Shown: positions 30,182 through 46,863, counted from the first letter of the stretch. The stretch is 64,000 bases of DNA from an uncultured delta proteobacterium (GCA_963850305.1 CAWKKR010000005.1:96001-160000); one strand, 5' to 3'. Translations and numbers: made by a program. The notes: a model not told the origin generated them from the sequence alone.

Positions 30182-32941
30182 GTGTCGGCTCGGTCGATTC
30201 AGATGTATGCCTCTCTCCCGAACGCTGCTCGCAACGCGAAGAGCGTCGATATTGCGGCTTACCTGAGTCTTCATCGCACCGAGCTCGTCACCATGCTCGA
30301 CGGGAACGGCTCGTCCGGCGAGTTGCTGGCGAGGCGCCACGCCAAGATCATGGACGGCCTGCTCATGACGCTCTTCCCCGTCGTGCTTGCAAGCCTGAAG
30401 GCCGAGGAGCGTCCGCACCCGGTGCTGCTGTCGGCGGTCGGCGGCTACGGGCGCGGCGTCCTCGGCTGGAAGAGCGATCTCGACGTGCGGCTCGTCACGA
30501 ACGAAGCTCCCGAGCTTATCGTGCCCCTCGCGGAGGCGCTCCTATATCCGTTGTGGGACACCGGAGTGAGCATCGGACACCAGGTCGCCAGGGTCTCCGA
30601 TGTGATCGAGGGCGCGCGCCAAGATCTCCCCACCGCCACGTCGTTGCTCGATACACGCCGGATCGCGGGTGACGCAGCACTGGCGAACGAGCTCGAGGAG
30701 CGGGCCTTTGCCGGCCTGTTCAGCGAGAGTGAACTGCCGGCCTTCATAGAGCGGCTGGAAGCCGAGGTGAGCCAGCGCCACCGCCGGTTCGGCGACTCGG
30801 TCTATCTGCTCGAACCCGACGTGAAGAGCGGCGCGGGCGGGCTCCGCGATCTCGACATCGCGCTGTGGGCCGCTCGCGCGCGCTATCGCGTCACGTCGAT
30901 CCACGACCTGCTTCGAGTCGGCGTGCTCGGTGCTCGTGAAGCCGCGGAGCTCGAGGAAGCCTCGAATTTTCTCTGGACGATCCGGAATCATCTCCACTGC
31001 GACGCCAGCCGGAGAAGCGACAGACTGACGTTCGAGGAGCAGGAGGTCATCGCGAAGCATCTCCGCTACGACGAGCGTATCGGCCGGCAGCCGTCCGCCA
31101 CCGAGGACGAAATTCAAGGTGCCATGGTGGAGGCGTTCATGTCGGACTACTACCGGCACGCCCGCGTCATCATGCGGGCGCGCGAGCAGATCGTCGCGCG
31201 TGCGACGCCGCACCCAGGTCGCAAGCGGCCTCACATAGAGGAGATCGGGCACGGGGTGCAGGTGTTCGACGGAAAGCTCACGTTCAGCGACCTGAGCCAG
31301 CTCGACAGGGAACCCGCGCTGATCCTGCGTCTGTACGCGCAGGCCGTCGCGCGCGGGCTTCCCGTCCTGCCATTCGCGCGTGACGTGGTCATCCGCAAGG
31401 CGTCCGAGCCCGTCTTCTGCGCGCGCTTGCGGGAGAGCTCCGAAGCGGCGACGCTCTTCGTGAGCCTGGTCTCGGCGGCCCAGGAGACCGTCTTCCACAA
31501 CGGCTCGGTCCTCTCGGCCCTCCACGAGGTCGGGCTCTTGACGGCTATGGTCCCGGAGTTTTTTCCGGTCGTCGGGCGCGTGCACCACGACGTGTATCAC
31601 GTGTACACGGTCGACGTTCACTCCGTGGCCGCGGTCGATCGTCTGCGCGCACTCATGCGGGGGGATCTCGTGCACGAGTATCCTCTGGCGTCGCGGCTTG
31701 CGGCGGAGGTCCTGCGCCCGGAGATCCTGTGCCTGGCGACGCTGCTTCACGACGTCGGGAAAGCCATCGGCGGCCGCGATCACTCGCGGCGTGGCGCGGT
31801 CATGGCCAAGGACATTCTCGCGAGGCTCGGATTTTCGCCCGAGGACATCGAGGAAGGCTGTCATCTCATCCTCCAGCACCTGGTCATGTACCTGGTGGCG
31901 GCGCGTCGCGACCTCGAGGACCCCACGACCATCGGGGAATTTGCGAAAGAGGTGCGCGGGCGCGAGGGGCTCCGGGATCTCTACCTGCTCACGGTCGCGG
32001 ATCTTTCCACGACGGGCCCGACGTCCATGACCAAATGGAAGTCCCGCATGCTCGACGACCTGTTTCTCGCGACCGACGACATGCTCTCCGGGTCGTCGGG
32101 GCTCGATGCGCAGCGCCTCTCGGGCGTTCGCAAGCAGGTGAAGGAACGATGGGCGGTGCCGGAGGCCGACGGCTTTTTGGACCAGTTTCTCGACTCCATG
32201 CCCGAGCGCTATCTGCTGTCCCACGCCGCGGACGAGATCGTCGCGCATGCGAGGGTCGCGCTCGAGGGGAGGGAGAGTGTGGTCAGTGCGGATTTCGTTC
32301 CGTCGCGCCATCCGGAAGTTGCAGAGCTCTGCGTCGTGACGGGCGACGTTGCGAGCGCGCCGGGGCTCTGCATCGTGACGGGCGATCGGCCGGGGCTCCT
32401 CGCGTCCATCACGGCCGCCATCGCGTCGAACGGGCTCGAGGTCCACGCGGCGCAGATCCATACGCGGCAGCTCGCCGACGGCGGCACGCAGGCGGTCGAT
32501 CTGTTCTGGATCACCGACCGCACCGACGAACCCGGCGACATCAGCCTCGTTCTTCCCAGGCTCCGGCGGGATCTCCAGCGAGTGATCACCGGATCCGTCC
32601 CGGCACGCGATCTCATCCGGAAGCGAAGTGTCTGCCGCTGGAGCGAGCGCCCTCTCCCCGCCGTGAGCACGGAGATCGTCGTCGACAATCGCTCGTCCGC
32701 GCGCCACACCCTCGTGGAGGTCGTGACGCGCGACCGGCCGGGCCTCCTCTACATGCTCTCGCAAGCGCTCCACCAGCTCGACCTCACGATAGTCGTCGCG
32801 AAGATCAACACCGAAGGAACGCGCGTCGTGGACGTCTTCTACGTCACGGAGCTGGACGGCAAGCGCCTCGAGACGGCGGGGCGCATCCAGGCGGTGAGGG
32901 AAGGGCTGTTCGCGGCGTTGAAGCCATCAGTCGCGGCATAG
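30182..32941 (+). CDS. glnD: [protein-PII] uridylyltransferase
   Basis: AVGGYGRG...SDLD, LEPDVKSGAGGLRD, HVYTVDVH, LLHDVGK, two C-terminal ACT domains (DRPGLL). Confidence 0.95.
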   Translation: MSARSIQMYASLPNAARNAKSVDIAAYLSLHRTELVTMLDGNGSSGELLARRHAKIMDGLLMTLFPVVLASLKAEERPHPVLLSAVGGYGRGVLGWKSDLDVRLVTNEAPELIVPLAEALLYPLWDTGVSIGHQVARVSDVIEGARQDLPTATSLLDTRRIAGDAALANELEERAFAGLFSESELPAFIERLEAEVSQRHRRFGDSVYLLEPDVKSGAGGLRDLDIALWAARARYRVTSIHDLLRVGVLGAREAAELEEASNFLWTIRNHLHCDASRRSDRLTFEEQEVIAKHLRYDERIGRQPSATEDEIQGAMVEAFMSDYYRHARVIMRAREQIVARATPHPGRKRPHIEEIGHGVQVFDGKLTFSDLSQLDREPALILRLYAQAVARGLPVLPFARDVVIRKASEPVFCARLRESSEAATLFVSLVSAAQETVFHNGSVLSALHEVGLLTAMVPEFFPVVGRVHHDVYHVYTVDVHSVAAVDRLRALMRGDLVHEYPLASRLAAEVLRPEILCLATLLHDVGKAIGGRDHSRRGAVMAKDILARLGFSPEDIEEGCHLILQHLVMYLVAARRDLEDPTTIGEFAKEVRGREGLRDLYLLTVADLSTTGPTSMTKWKSRMLDDLFLATDDMLSGSSGLDAQRLSGVRKQVKERWAVPEADGFLDQFLDSMPERYLLSHAADEIVAHARVALEGRESVVSADFVPSRHPEVAELCVVTGDVASAPGLCIVTGDRPGLLASITAAIASNGLEVHAAQIHTRQLADGGTQAVDLFWITDRTDEPGDISLVLPRLRRDLQRVITGSVPARDLIRKRSVCRWSERPLPAVSTEIVVDNRSSARHTLVEVVTRDRPGLLYMLSQALHQLDLTIVVAKINTEGTRVVDVFYVTELDGKRLETAGRIQAVREGLFAALKPSVAA

Positions 32942-33007
32942 CGGGGCGTCCTCCCGCCGGGATCACGCGTCCTCCCGCCGGGATCACGCGTCCTCCCGTC
33001 AGGGTCA

Positions 33008-34564
33008 GGTGCAAACCGGGTGCTCTGGTGACACTTTAGACCGGGTCCCTGGGTGACACTTTTTGGGTGACGGGTCTGCCTGACGGCGGGCTGACGGCTA
33101 ATTGCCGCCATGCCGTGGAAGGAAGCCCGGATCGTGGACGAGCGAGTTCGATTCATCGCGGCTGTCGCGGAGGACCCGAGGGGAAACTTCACCCGCCTGT
33201 GCGCCAGCTTCGGCATCAGCCGGGCGAAGGGCTACAAATGGCTGGAGCGGTACGAGCGGCTAGGCCCGGCGGGGCTCGAGGACCAAAGGTCGGTCGCGAA
33301 GAGCTGCCCGCACCGCACGCCGGATGACGTGGTCGACCGGATCATCACGCTGCGGAAGCGGTTTCCATTCGACGGTCCCAAGAAGCTGCGCGTCCGGCTC
33401 CGAGACATCGATGGTGCTGACTTCGCTCTCCCCGCAGCGAGCACGATCGGTGAGATTCTGGATCGCTACGGGCTCGTGCGTCCGCGCCGCTCGCGGCTTC
33501 GTGTTCCGCCGAGCACGGAGCCCTTGGCCCACGCCGAGCTGCCCAACGACGTCTGGTGCACGGACTTCAAGGGGCACTTCGCTTGCGGCGATGGCACCCG
33601 CTGCCACCCGTTGACCATCACCGACGCGATGAGCCGGTACCTCGTCAAATGCGAGGGGCTACCCGGTGAGAAAGAAGGACCGGTGCGTGAGCAGTTCGAG
33701 CTCGCGTTCCGCGAGTTCGGAGTGCCCCGTCGCATTCGCTCGGACAACGGGTCGCCGTTCGCCAGCAAGGCTTTAGGCGGACTTTCCCGCCTCAGCATGT
33801 GGTGGATTCAGCTCGGCATCGTGCCCGAGCGCATCGAGCCAGGGCAACCGCAACAGAATGGTCGTCACGAGCGCATGCACAAGACGCTCAAGGAGCAGAC
33901 CGCCAATCCACCGGCTGCAACGCCGATTGATCAGCAACGCGCCTTCGATCGCTTTCGCGCCGACTACAACGACCATCGTCCGCACGAAGCGCTCGGCCTC
34001 ACGCCGCCTGCGCGACACTACGAGCCGTCGCTGCGTCCCATGCCGGAGCGTTTGCGAGCTCCCGCTTACGGCGACGATTTCGACGTGCGGCGAGTTAACA
34101 CAAGCGGGGTTCTGAAGTTCAAGGGCAAGCAGCTGACCGTCAGCACACTCTTCACCGATCAGCCGCTCGGTCTTCAGCGGGTCGACGAGGAAGAGTGGGA
34201 CCTTCACTACGGCCCGGTGCTCCTCGGTCATGTTCTCCTGCGCAACGGCGAGCTGCGACTCGAGCGGCCGTAGCCCAGAGCTCAGCCGCCCCCCTCCATC
34301 TACCGCGTCCGTCTCTCGCTCCCGGACTGCGCTTCCGTCGCCTCCGGCTCCGTCAGCCCGAACCCGGATTGCGCCCGGATAGCGTCTTCGCTCGCTGAGG
34401 CTTTGTCTCTTCGCGATCGGTCCGTGTCGTTGCGCTTCCCGGTCTGTGTCTTAGAGGCACCCGGTTTACGTCCCCACAGCACCGAATCTGTGATTGAACA
34501 GAGCCGGACCTGTAACCAAGGGTCCCGGTCTATTCCGTCACCCAGGCACCCGGTCGCTCACCCC
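33008..34564 (+). mobile_element. IS481-family insertion sequence
   Basis: About 50-bp imperfect inverted repeats with doubled ACCGGGT...GGTGAC sites (33010-33058 and 34511-34560); GTCA duplicated at 33004-33007 and 34565-34568; exact termini uncertain by a few bp. Confidence 0.85.
33110..34273 (+). CDS. IS481-family transposase (rve DDE)
   Basis: MPWKE start, FGISRAKGYKWLERY, PNDVWCTDFKG, IRSDNGSPF, PQQNGRHERMHKTLK. Confidence 0.95.
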   Translation: MPWKEARIVDERVRFIAAVAEDPRGNFTRLCASFGISRAKGYKWLERYERLGPAGLEDQRSVAKSCPHRTPDDVVDRIITLRKRFPFDGPKKLRVRLRDIDGADFALPAASTIGEILDRYGLVRPRRSRLRVPPSTEPLAHAELPNDVWCTDFKGHFACGDGTRCHPLTITDAMSRYLVKCEGLPGEKEGPVREQFELAFREFGVPRRIRSDNGSPFASKALGGLSRLSMWWIQLGIVPERIEPGQPQQNGRHERMHKTLKEQTANPPAATPIDQQRAFDRFRADYNDHRPHEALGLTPPARHYEPSLRPMPERLRAPAYGDDFDVRRVNTSGVLKFKGKQLTVSTLFTDQPLGLQRVDEEEWDLHYGPVLLGHVLLRNGELRLERP

Positions 34565-35243
34565 GTCATGCGGCAAACCCGCCGGGATCGCCGGCACTCC
34601 CGTCGGGATCATGCACACTCCCGTCGGGATCACGCGTCCTCCCGCCGGGATCACGCGTCCTCCCATCGGGATCATGCACTCTCCCGGCCGGGATCGCCGA
34701 CACTCCCGTCGGGATCACGCGTCCTCCCGCCGGGATCACCGACACTCCCGTCGGGATCACGCGTCCTCCCAGCCGGGGTCACGCGTCCTCCCGCCGGGAT
34801 CACGCGTCCTCCCGTCGGGATCACGCGTCCTCCCAGCCGGGATCACGCGTCCTCCCGGCAGGGTCAAGCGACAAACCCGACGGGAGTGCCGACGATCCCG
34901 CCGGGATCGTCGGTTACCCTGGTGAGGTCGTTCCGGATTCCGGGAGAACCGGCGCTCGTGCCGCGACGCGGGTCGATGATTCCGTATGGGAGCGGCGCTG
35001 ATCTCCGCGGGATCGTCGGCCATCGCGGCGAGATCGGCGTGGACCTCGCGTGGGATGGCGCTGGCCCCGGCGGTCGAAGGCACCCTGTCGACGAGGTCGC
35101 GAGCAAGCGCGGCGCGCGAGGCAGGTAACGCGCGCAGCGATCGGCCCACCCTGCGTCGCGATCGATCGTGACCTCGTCGCAGTGCGCAGGCTGCTTCGCG
35201 ACCGCGTGGCCGACGCGCGAGAGTGTCGTCGAAATGCGCCGGT

Positions 35244-35605
35244 GGCCTTGCCCCCGCGGCTCGCTTCGCGCCCGCTCCCCCCGCCGCCTTCGGCGGGCTC
35301 GCTCCGCTCGTTAGGTAAAGGGGGCCTTGCCCCCGCGGCTCGCTTCGCGCCCGCTCCCCCCGCCGCCTTCGGCGGGCTCGCTCCGCTCGTTAGGTAAAGG
35401 GGGCCTTGCCCCCGCGGCTCGCTTCGCGCCCGCTCCCCCCGCCGCCTTCGGCGGGCTCGCTCCGCTCGTTAGGTAAAGGGGGCCTTGCCCCCGCGGCTCG
35501 CTTCGCGCCCGCTCCCCCGCCGCCTTCGGCGGGCTCGCTCCGCTCGCGTAGTTCCGCGCTTGTTTCATCCCTCGGGGACGACGTGCATCGTCGATGCGGA
35601 ACTAC
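35244..35605 (-). repeat. GTAG-hairpin repeat element, copy 2 (head plus ~4 units of 79 bp)
   Basis: Unit period 79 (35251, 35330, 35409, 35488); head at 35548-35605. Confidence 0.92.
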
Positions 35606-35713
35606 TAGGAACGTAGATTTCCAACCGGTTCATACATCGAGTCGAGTGTTGCGATCCCGCGGAGCGAGGGGTTTACTCTGATCACACTGTATGCACAGGG
35701 GAGCGAGCGGCAC

Positions 35714-36904
35714 ATGAAAACTCACACCGGCGCACCGCGGGCACGTCTTGATTCCATGCTTATCGGGTTGGCGCTGACGCTGCCCCTCAGCGCCGCGTGC
35801 TCGGCGTCGAGCGGCGGAAGCGGCTCGGGCGGCGAGGCCGGTGGTCAATTCAACTCGGGCGTCGGCGGCACCTCCGGGAGTAACGGCGGCACGTTCGGCG
35901 AGGTGGGTGGGGGTAACGACCTCGGCACCGGTGCGGCCGCCGGGGGCAGCAACGTCGCCAGCGGAGGTTCTTTCACGGACAACGGCAGCGGCGGCGAGCT
36001 CGCGGGCAACGGGGGCGAGCCGAGCGGAAGCGGAGGCACCACGGGCGGCGGCACGGGCGGCACAGTGGAGACAGGCGCGGGAGGCGCGACTCAGGTGCAA
36101 CCGGGAACATTCTGCTTGCAAGCTGGCTCGGGCGACTACTCGAAAGCGGGTCCGTACGCGGTGAGCACGATGGCGAACGTGGATCTGGCGAGCGTACTAC
36201 CGGCGGGGACCGCGACGCCGACGACCTATACGATCTTCTACCCGACCAACATGGAAGCAAACTGCCCGCACCCCGTGATCGCCTGGGGTAACGGCACCGG
36301 AGTCACGGGCTCCCAGGTGTACGGCTTCTTCAACAACAATGCGGCGAGCTGGGGCATGGTCGTCATCGCTTCGGACAATTCGAACGTCGGGAGCGGCGTG
36401 TATCAGACGGCAGGCGTGGACTACCTCATGGCCGAGAACGGGGATCCGACGAGCCCGTTCTATCAAAAGCTCGGCACGCGGGCGGGCGTCTCGGGGCATT
36501 CCCAGGGCGCCTTCGGCGCTACCGTCGCGACGAGCGACCCGAACATCGTCTCGGAGGTGCAGGTGGAGGGGGGCGGAAACCCGAAAGCCGGCATCTCGTT
36601 CCTGGCCCTCTCCGGAACCGCGGACAACGTCGTGACGACGGGACCGCCCACCGCGAGCTACGCCGCGGCGACCGGTCCATCCATGCTCGCGATCTACACC
36701 GGCGCCGATCATGTCACCACACCCACCCTCGCTGGCTGGGCCCAGCAGAACCCGGGCACCATCCAGTTCATGCGCTTCTACACCGCGTGGTTCCGCTGCT
36801 TTCTCGCGGACGACGCCAACGCCTGCGCGATGTTCAAGGGCGGACAGAGCTGCGGCGTGTGCAAGGACCCGAACTGGTCGTCGATAGAGACGAAGAACCT
36901 GTAA
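35714..36904 (+). CDS. lipoprotein with alpha/beta-hydrolase (cutinase/polyesterase-like) domain
   Basis: Lipobox SAAC, Gly-rich linker, GPYAV, WGNGT, GHSQG, GTADNVV, GADH. Confidence 0.8.
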   Translation: MKTHTGAPRARLDSMLIGLALTLPLSAACSASSGGSGSGGEAGGQFNSGVGGTSGSNGGTFGEVGGGNDLGTGAAAGGSNVASGGSFTDNGSGGELAGNGGEPSGSGGTTGGGTGGTVETGAGGATQVQPGTFCLQAGSGDYSKAGPYAVSTMANVDLASVLPAGTATPTTYTIFYPTNMEANCPHPVIAWGNGTGVTGSQVYGFFNNNAASWGMVVIASDNSNVGSGVYQTAGVDYLMAENGDPTSPFYQKLGTRAGVSGHSQGAFGATVATSDPNIVSEVQVEGGGNPKAGISFLALSGTADNVVTTGPPTASYAAATGPSMLAIYTGADHVTTPTLAGWAQQNPGTIQFMRFYTAWFRCFLADDANACAMFKGGQSCGVCKDPNWSSIETKNL

Positions 36905-37091
36905 CCGACTCCGGGCGGAGCTTCTCCGGCCGCCCGAGATTCGGGCCGGCGATCGCGCACTGAACGTGATTGACGCCGGATTGACGAAACCGTGGGCGGA
37001 AGCGCGAATGGCTTGCTAGGTTTCCGATCGGTTCACGCCAGTGGACACTGGCACGGCGCGGGGCTCTCCCCCCGGCGTCATTCCCGTTAGA

Positions 37092-37475
37092 ATGGCCGAC
37101 GATCGCCTTCCAGAAGTCGTCAGGACGCTAGTGGCCCAGTGCATCGAGTCGGTGCCGGCGCTCGAGACGTTGCTGCTACTGCGAGCCGCGGCGCCGGAAC
37201 GGATGACGCTCGAGCGCGTCGCCAGGATGATTTTCGTCAGCGAGCCCGCCGCCGCGATCGTGCTGACGCAACTGGAGGAGAGCGGCCTGGTCGCCTCTAC
37301 CGCCGGCGACCAGTTTCTGTATGCCCCTCGCACGCCGGAGCTCGCCGCCGCGGTCGACCAGCTTGCGCGCTCGTACATGACGCATCTCCTGCCGCTGACA
37401 CGACTCATTCACGCGAAGCCCGGCGCAAATGTTCTCGCCTTCGCAGATGCATTTCGCATCCGAAAGGACAAGTAA
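37092..37475 (+). CDS. hypothetical winged-helix-like protein
   Basis: IESVPALETLLLL...LTQLEESGLV...AFADAFRIRKD. Confidence 0.7.
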   Translation: MADDRLPEVVRTLVAQCIESVPALETLLLLRAAAPERMTLERVARMIFVSEPAAAIVLTQLEESGLVASTAGDQFLYAPRTPELAAAVDQLARSYMTHLLPLTRLIHAKPGANVLAFADAFRIRKDK

Positions 37476-37477
37476 GC

Positions 37478-37735
37478 GTGGCCGCACTCATCTACTCCGT
37501 CTGTGCTCTGGCCGCCTTCACCTGCGCGTTCGTCCTGTTGCGCGCATATCGGCGCTCGGGGATGCGCTTGCTGTTCTGGAGCGGCCTCTGCTTCTCGCTC
37601 CTGACGCTCAACAATGCGCTCATCACCGTGGACCTGCTGGTGATTCCCGACACGGACATCTTCTTCGTGCGGAACTTGAGCGCGCTCCTGGCAATCGGAT
37701 CGATGCTCTACGGCCTCGTCTGGGAGGCGAAGTGA
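37478..37735 (+). CDS. DUF5985-like small membrane protein
   Basis: LLRAYRRSGMRLLFWSGLCF...LYGLVWE. Confidence 0.75.
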   Translation: MAALIYSVCALAAFTCAFVLLRAYRRSGMRLLFWSGLCFSLLTLNNALITVDLLVIPDTDIFFVRNLSALLAIGSMLYGLVWEAK

Positions 37736-37737
37736 CG

Positions 37738-38010
37738 ATGGACGCTTTCAACCGGACCCTGCTCGGTGCCATCGCGATGGGTTTTCTCGTGTCGGGGGTA
37801 TTTTTCGTTCGCTTCTGGCGGCAGAGCCAGGATCGGTTCTTCCTGCTGTTCGCGCTTTCATTTCTTCTGCAAGGAGTCGATCGAGCCGCGCTGGGTCTCC
37901 TCGAGCGGCCGAACGAGGGGAACCCGGCCATCTACCTGCTCCGGCTCGTCGCCTACCTGTTCATCCTGATCGCCGTACTCGAGAAGAACGCGATCAGGAG
38001 CAAGCGCTGA
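37738..38010 (+). CDS. DUF5985-like small membrane protein
   Basis: [21 protein letters not shown]...[19 protein letters not shown]. Confidence 0.75.
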   Translation: MDAFNRTLLGAIAMGFLVSGVFFVRFWRQSQDRFFLLFALSFLLQGVDRAALGLLERPNEGNPAIYLLRLVAYLFILIAVLEKNAIRSKR

Positions 38011-38026
38011 ACGGCGGGCACCGGCT

Positions 38027-44291
<6,265 letters not shown>

Positions 44292-44300
44292 GGTCGTTCC

Positions 44301-46022
44301 TCACCGTTCCGAGGTTCTGTCAGTGCCGTCAGACGCGAGGTCTTCGTCCTGTCGCCGGCGTCGACTCAGGTCGATGAACACGGCGACCTTCTTCCGGACG
44401 ATCTCGGAATCCAGCGGCTTGACCAGATAGTCCACGCCGCCCGCCGCGTAGGCTCGATGGATCTGTTCGGGGTCGTCACCGTACGCGGTGATGAAAATGA
44501 TGGGAATGTCGCGGCTCCGCTCGAGCTCCTTCAAGTGGGTGGCGACCTCGAGCCCGTCCATTCTGGGCATCGCGACGTCGATGAGGGCCACGGAGAACTC
44601 CTCGCGCAGCGCCAGCCGGAGCGCCTCTTCTCCCGAGTCCGCGGTCACGAGCCGGTAATCGGGGCGCTCGAGAATGGCCTTCAGCGAGAGAAGGTTCTCG
44701 GGACGGTCATCGACGAGCAGGATGTTCGAAACCGAATTCGTCTTCGGCCGGGGAGGTGTCTCTGCAACGCTCGGGACGGTGAAGAAAAGGGTCGTTCCCG
44801 CGCCGGCCGTGGTCTCGGCCCAGATCTGGCCACCGTGGGCCTCGACGATCGCCTTGCAGATCGTCAGCCCGAGTCCGGTGCCGCGCCGTTCCTTTTTCCT
44901 CGCCTGCCAGAATCGATCGAAGATGTGAGGCAACTGCTCCGGCGCGATGCCCGAGCCACTGTCCTTCACCCAGATGAGCACCTCGCCCTCTTTGCGCGCT
45001 GCCCCCACGACTATCGTTCCCCCGGCGCTCGTGAACTTGAGGGCGTTGCCGATCAGGTTCTCCAGCACCTCGAGAAGGCGCTCCTCGTCTGCTTCGAGAC
45101 GCGGCAGGTCGGGTGAGAGATCCGTTGCGACGATGACGGACGCTTCCGAGGCAGGGCCATGCTGCGACTCGAGCGCCGTCAGTACCAATTCTGCCGTTTC
45201 GACCGGTCGCGTGTCGATGGTGAATCCATTCGTCGCGATGGCGTTGATCTCGAGCAAGTCCTGAACGATCCGGTCCGCTCTCTGCGTGCCCCGCATGATC
45301 CTGTGGATGGATCGCCGGGTCGTCGAGTCCGGGAACCTGAGGAGGAGCGTATTGGCCGCGATCGAGATGGCGTGGAGCGGGTTCCGCAGATCGTGGGCGA
45401 CGACCGCCAGTACGTCGTCGCGAGACCGAACTCCTTGCACCAGGGTTTCGTGGTCTGCCCGTCGGACGATCGCTGCCGCGGCCGGTGTGGACAGGGCGAC
45501 CAAGAGGCTTCTTCGTTGCTCCGGAAGGTCGTGCTCCGCGAATGTGCCGAGGTAAAGAACCCCTACTGTCCCGTCGACGTCGACCAGCGGCAGAGCATGG
45601 AGCGCGCGCACTCCTTTCTCTCGGATGGCGTCGCTTCTTGCCGCTGACTCCAGCCTGACGGCCGAGATGAGCGGCGCGGGGCTTCCCGGCGTCCTTTCGG
45701 GAAGGCCTTCCGCGATGGGGAGCGAGAAGCCGTTCAGCACCTCCTCCTCGAGCCCCAGCGCGGCGCGGGACACCAGTCGATCGTTTTCGCAGAGCCGCAG
45801 TACGCCGACGTCCACGCGCCCCGCTTCCACGAACAGTCGGACCAGGTCTTGCAGAAGCTCCTCGAGGGTCGCGCGTGCAGTCACGACGGTCGCGAGCTGC
45901 TGGAATGCCCGGGCGATGGACGCGTCAGGCTCGGCTTCGAGCACCACGCGGTTCCGCAGGCGACGCTCCTGTTCGAGCTCGCGCGAAAGGTCCTCGCTCG
46001 AACGCCCCTTGTCAGCGGTCAT
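44301..46022 (-). CDS. GAF-HisKA-HATPase-REC hybrid sensor kinase
   Basis: VAHDLRNPL, NLIGNALKFT, GTGLGL, LLVDDRPENL...DVAMPRMDG. Confidence 0.92.
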   Translation of the reverse strand: MTADKGRSSEDLSRELEQERRLRNRVVLEAEPDASIARAFQQLATVVTARATLEELLQDLVRLFVEAGRVDVGVLRLCENDRLVSRAALGLEEEVLNGFSLPIAEGLPERTPGSPAPLISAVRLESAARSDAIREKGVRALHALPLVDVDGTVGVLYLGTFAEHDLPEQRRSLLVALSTPAAAAIVRRADHETLVQGVRSRDDVLAVVAHDLRNPLHAISIAANTLLLRFPDSTTRRSIHRIMRGTQRADRIVQDLLEINAIATNGFTIDTRPVETAELVLTALESQHGPASEASVIVATDLSPDLPRLEADEERLLEVLENLIGNALKFTSAGGTIVVGAARKEGEVLIWVKDSGSGIAPEQLPHIFDRFWQARKKERRGTGLGLTICKAIVEAHGGQIWAETTAGAGTTLFFTVPSVAETPPRPKTNSVSNILLVDDRPENLLSLKAILERPDYRLVTADSGEEALRLALREEFSVALIDVAMPRMDGLEVATHLKELERSRDIPIIFITAYGDDPEQIHRAYAAGGVDYLVKPLDSEIVRKKVAVFIDLSRRRRQDEDLASDGTDRTSER

Positions 46023-46428
46023 GATCCGCTCTCCCTGCGTCGAGGGCTCGCGCGATCACCTCGAGAAGAGTCGGGACATTCAGGGGTTTGCTGAGGAGTG
46101 CCGTGAGCTCGAGTGACGCCGCGTCGTCCTTCACGGTCGGGTCTCCCGTGACTGCGACGACGGGAATCGTCGCATCGGAACCGCTCGTCAGGTGCTTCTG
46201 CCGGAACTCTCTGCCGTTCATGTTCGGCATCTGGATGTCGAGCAGGATGAGATCGGGGCGTGAAGAAGGCCGATCGCCGACGTTCCGGAGATATTCGAGG
46301 GCACGCGCGCCGTCACCGACGGCGGCAACGGCGTATCCTGCTTCTTCGAGTAGCTCGCTTAAGCCGTCTCTCTGATCCGGATCGTCTTCCACGACGAGGA
46401 TGCGGCGCGGTTGGTGCGGATGGGACAT
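46012..46428 (-). CDS. single-domain response regulator
   Basis: ILVVEDD, PDLILLDIQMPNMNG, LSKP. Confidence 0.92.
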   Translation of the reverse strand: MSHPHQPRRILVVEDDPDQRDGLSELLEEAGYAVAAVGDGARALEYLRNVGDRPSSRPDLILLDIQMPNMNGREFRQKHLTSGSDATIPVVAVTGDPTVKDDAASLELTALLSKPLNVPTLLEVIARALDAGRADHDR

Positions 46429-46863
46429 GCCTGTTCTCCGTTGAGGGCTCCGCCAGTCATCGATCCCCTCGAAACTTTAGAACTTTGTTAGACCAATTGG
46501 CGGCTGGACGGCAAGACGCCGGGTCGACCGACGCAGACGTGCGAGCCATTTCCACCGGCGCACGACCCACCCAAGGTGCGGTGATGCCTGGTCTTTCAGC
46601 CGCGTGATGGTCCCTCGTCTCGTGGCGCCGAAAAATCGCGGGTCGTCACTTCGCGCGCCCCGACCTCGCCGGGCTGAAGACGCGGCGACGTGCCGGGTGG
46701 GACCTGCGTCGCGGCGCGCGCCACGCCATGGCCGCTAATTGCGAATGTCGCTCGCGGGGGCACATCGCGCCCACGAGATCGTCCAATCCACCGGAAGGGG
46801 AGCGACCGATTTTCGGCGCCTCAAGGACGAGGGATTTCGCCCGTCGCGGACCCCGCTACGCCG

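Larger units (their letters stand above)
32946..34915. repeat. array of 21-bp palindromic units (CGGGATC-N8-TCCCG-N), split by IS481
   Basis: About 2.5 units at 32946-32998, 13 units at 34583-34857, one inverted unit at 34881-34900. Confidence 0.9.

Noticed and set aside
34583..34857. CRISPR array
   Set aside because: The 21-bp period is too short, the variable parts recur, and there are no cas genes
34403..35149. ORFs with GITRPPA/RRDHASS repeats
   Set aside because: Products of the 21-bp palindromic DNA array, open in several frames on both strands
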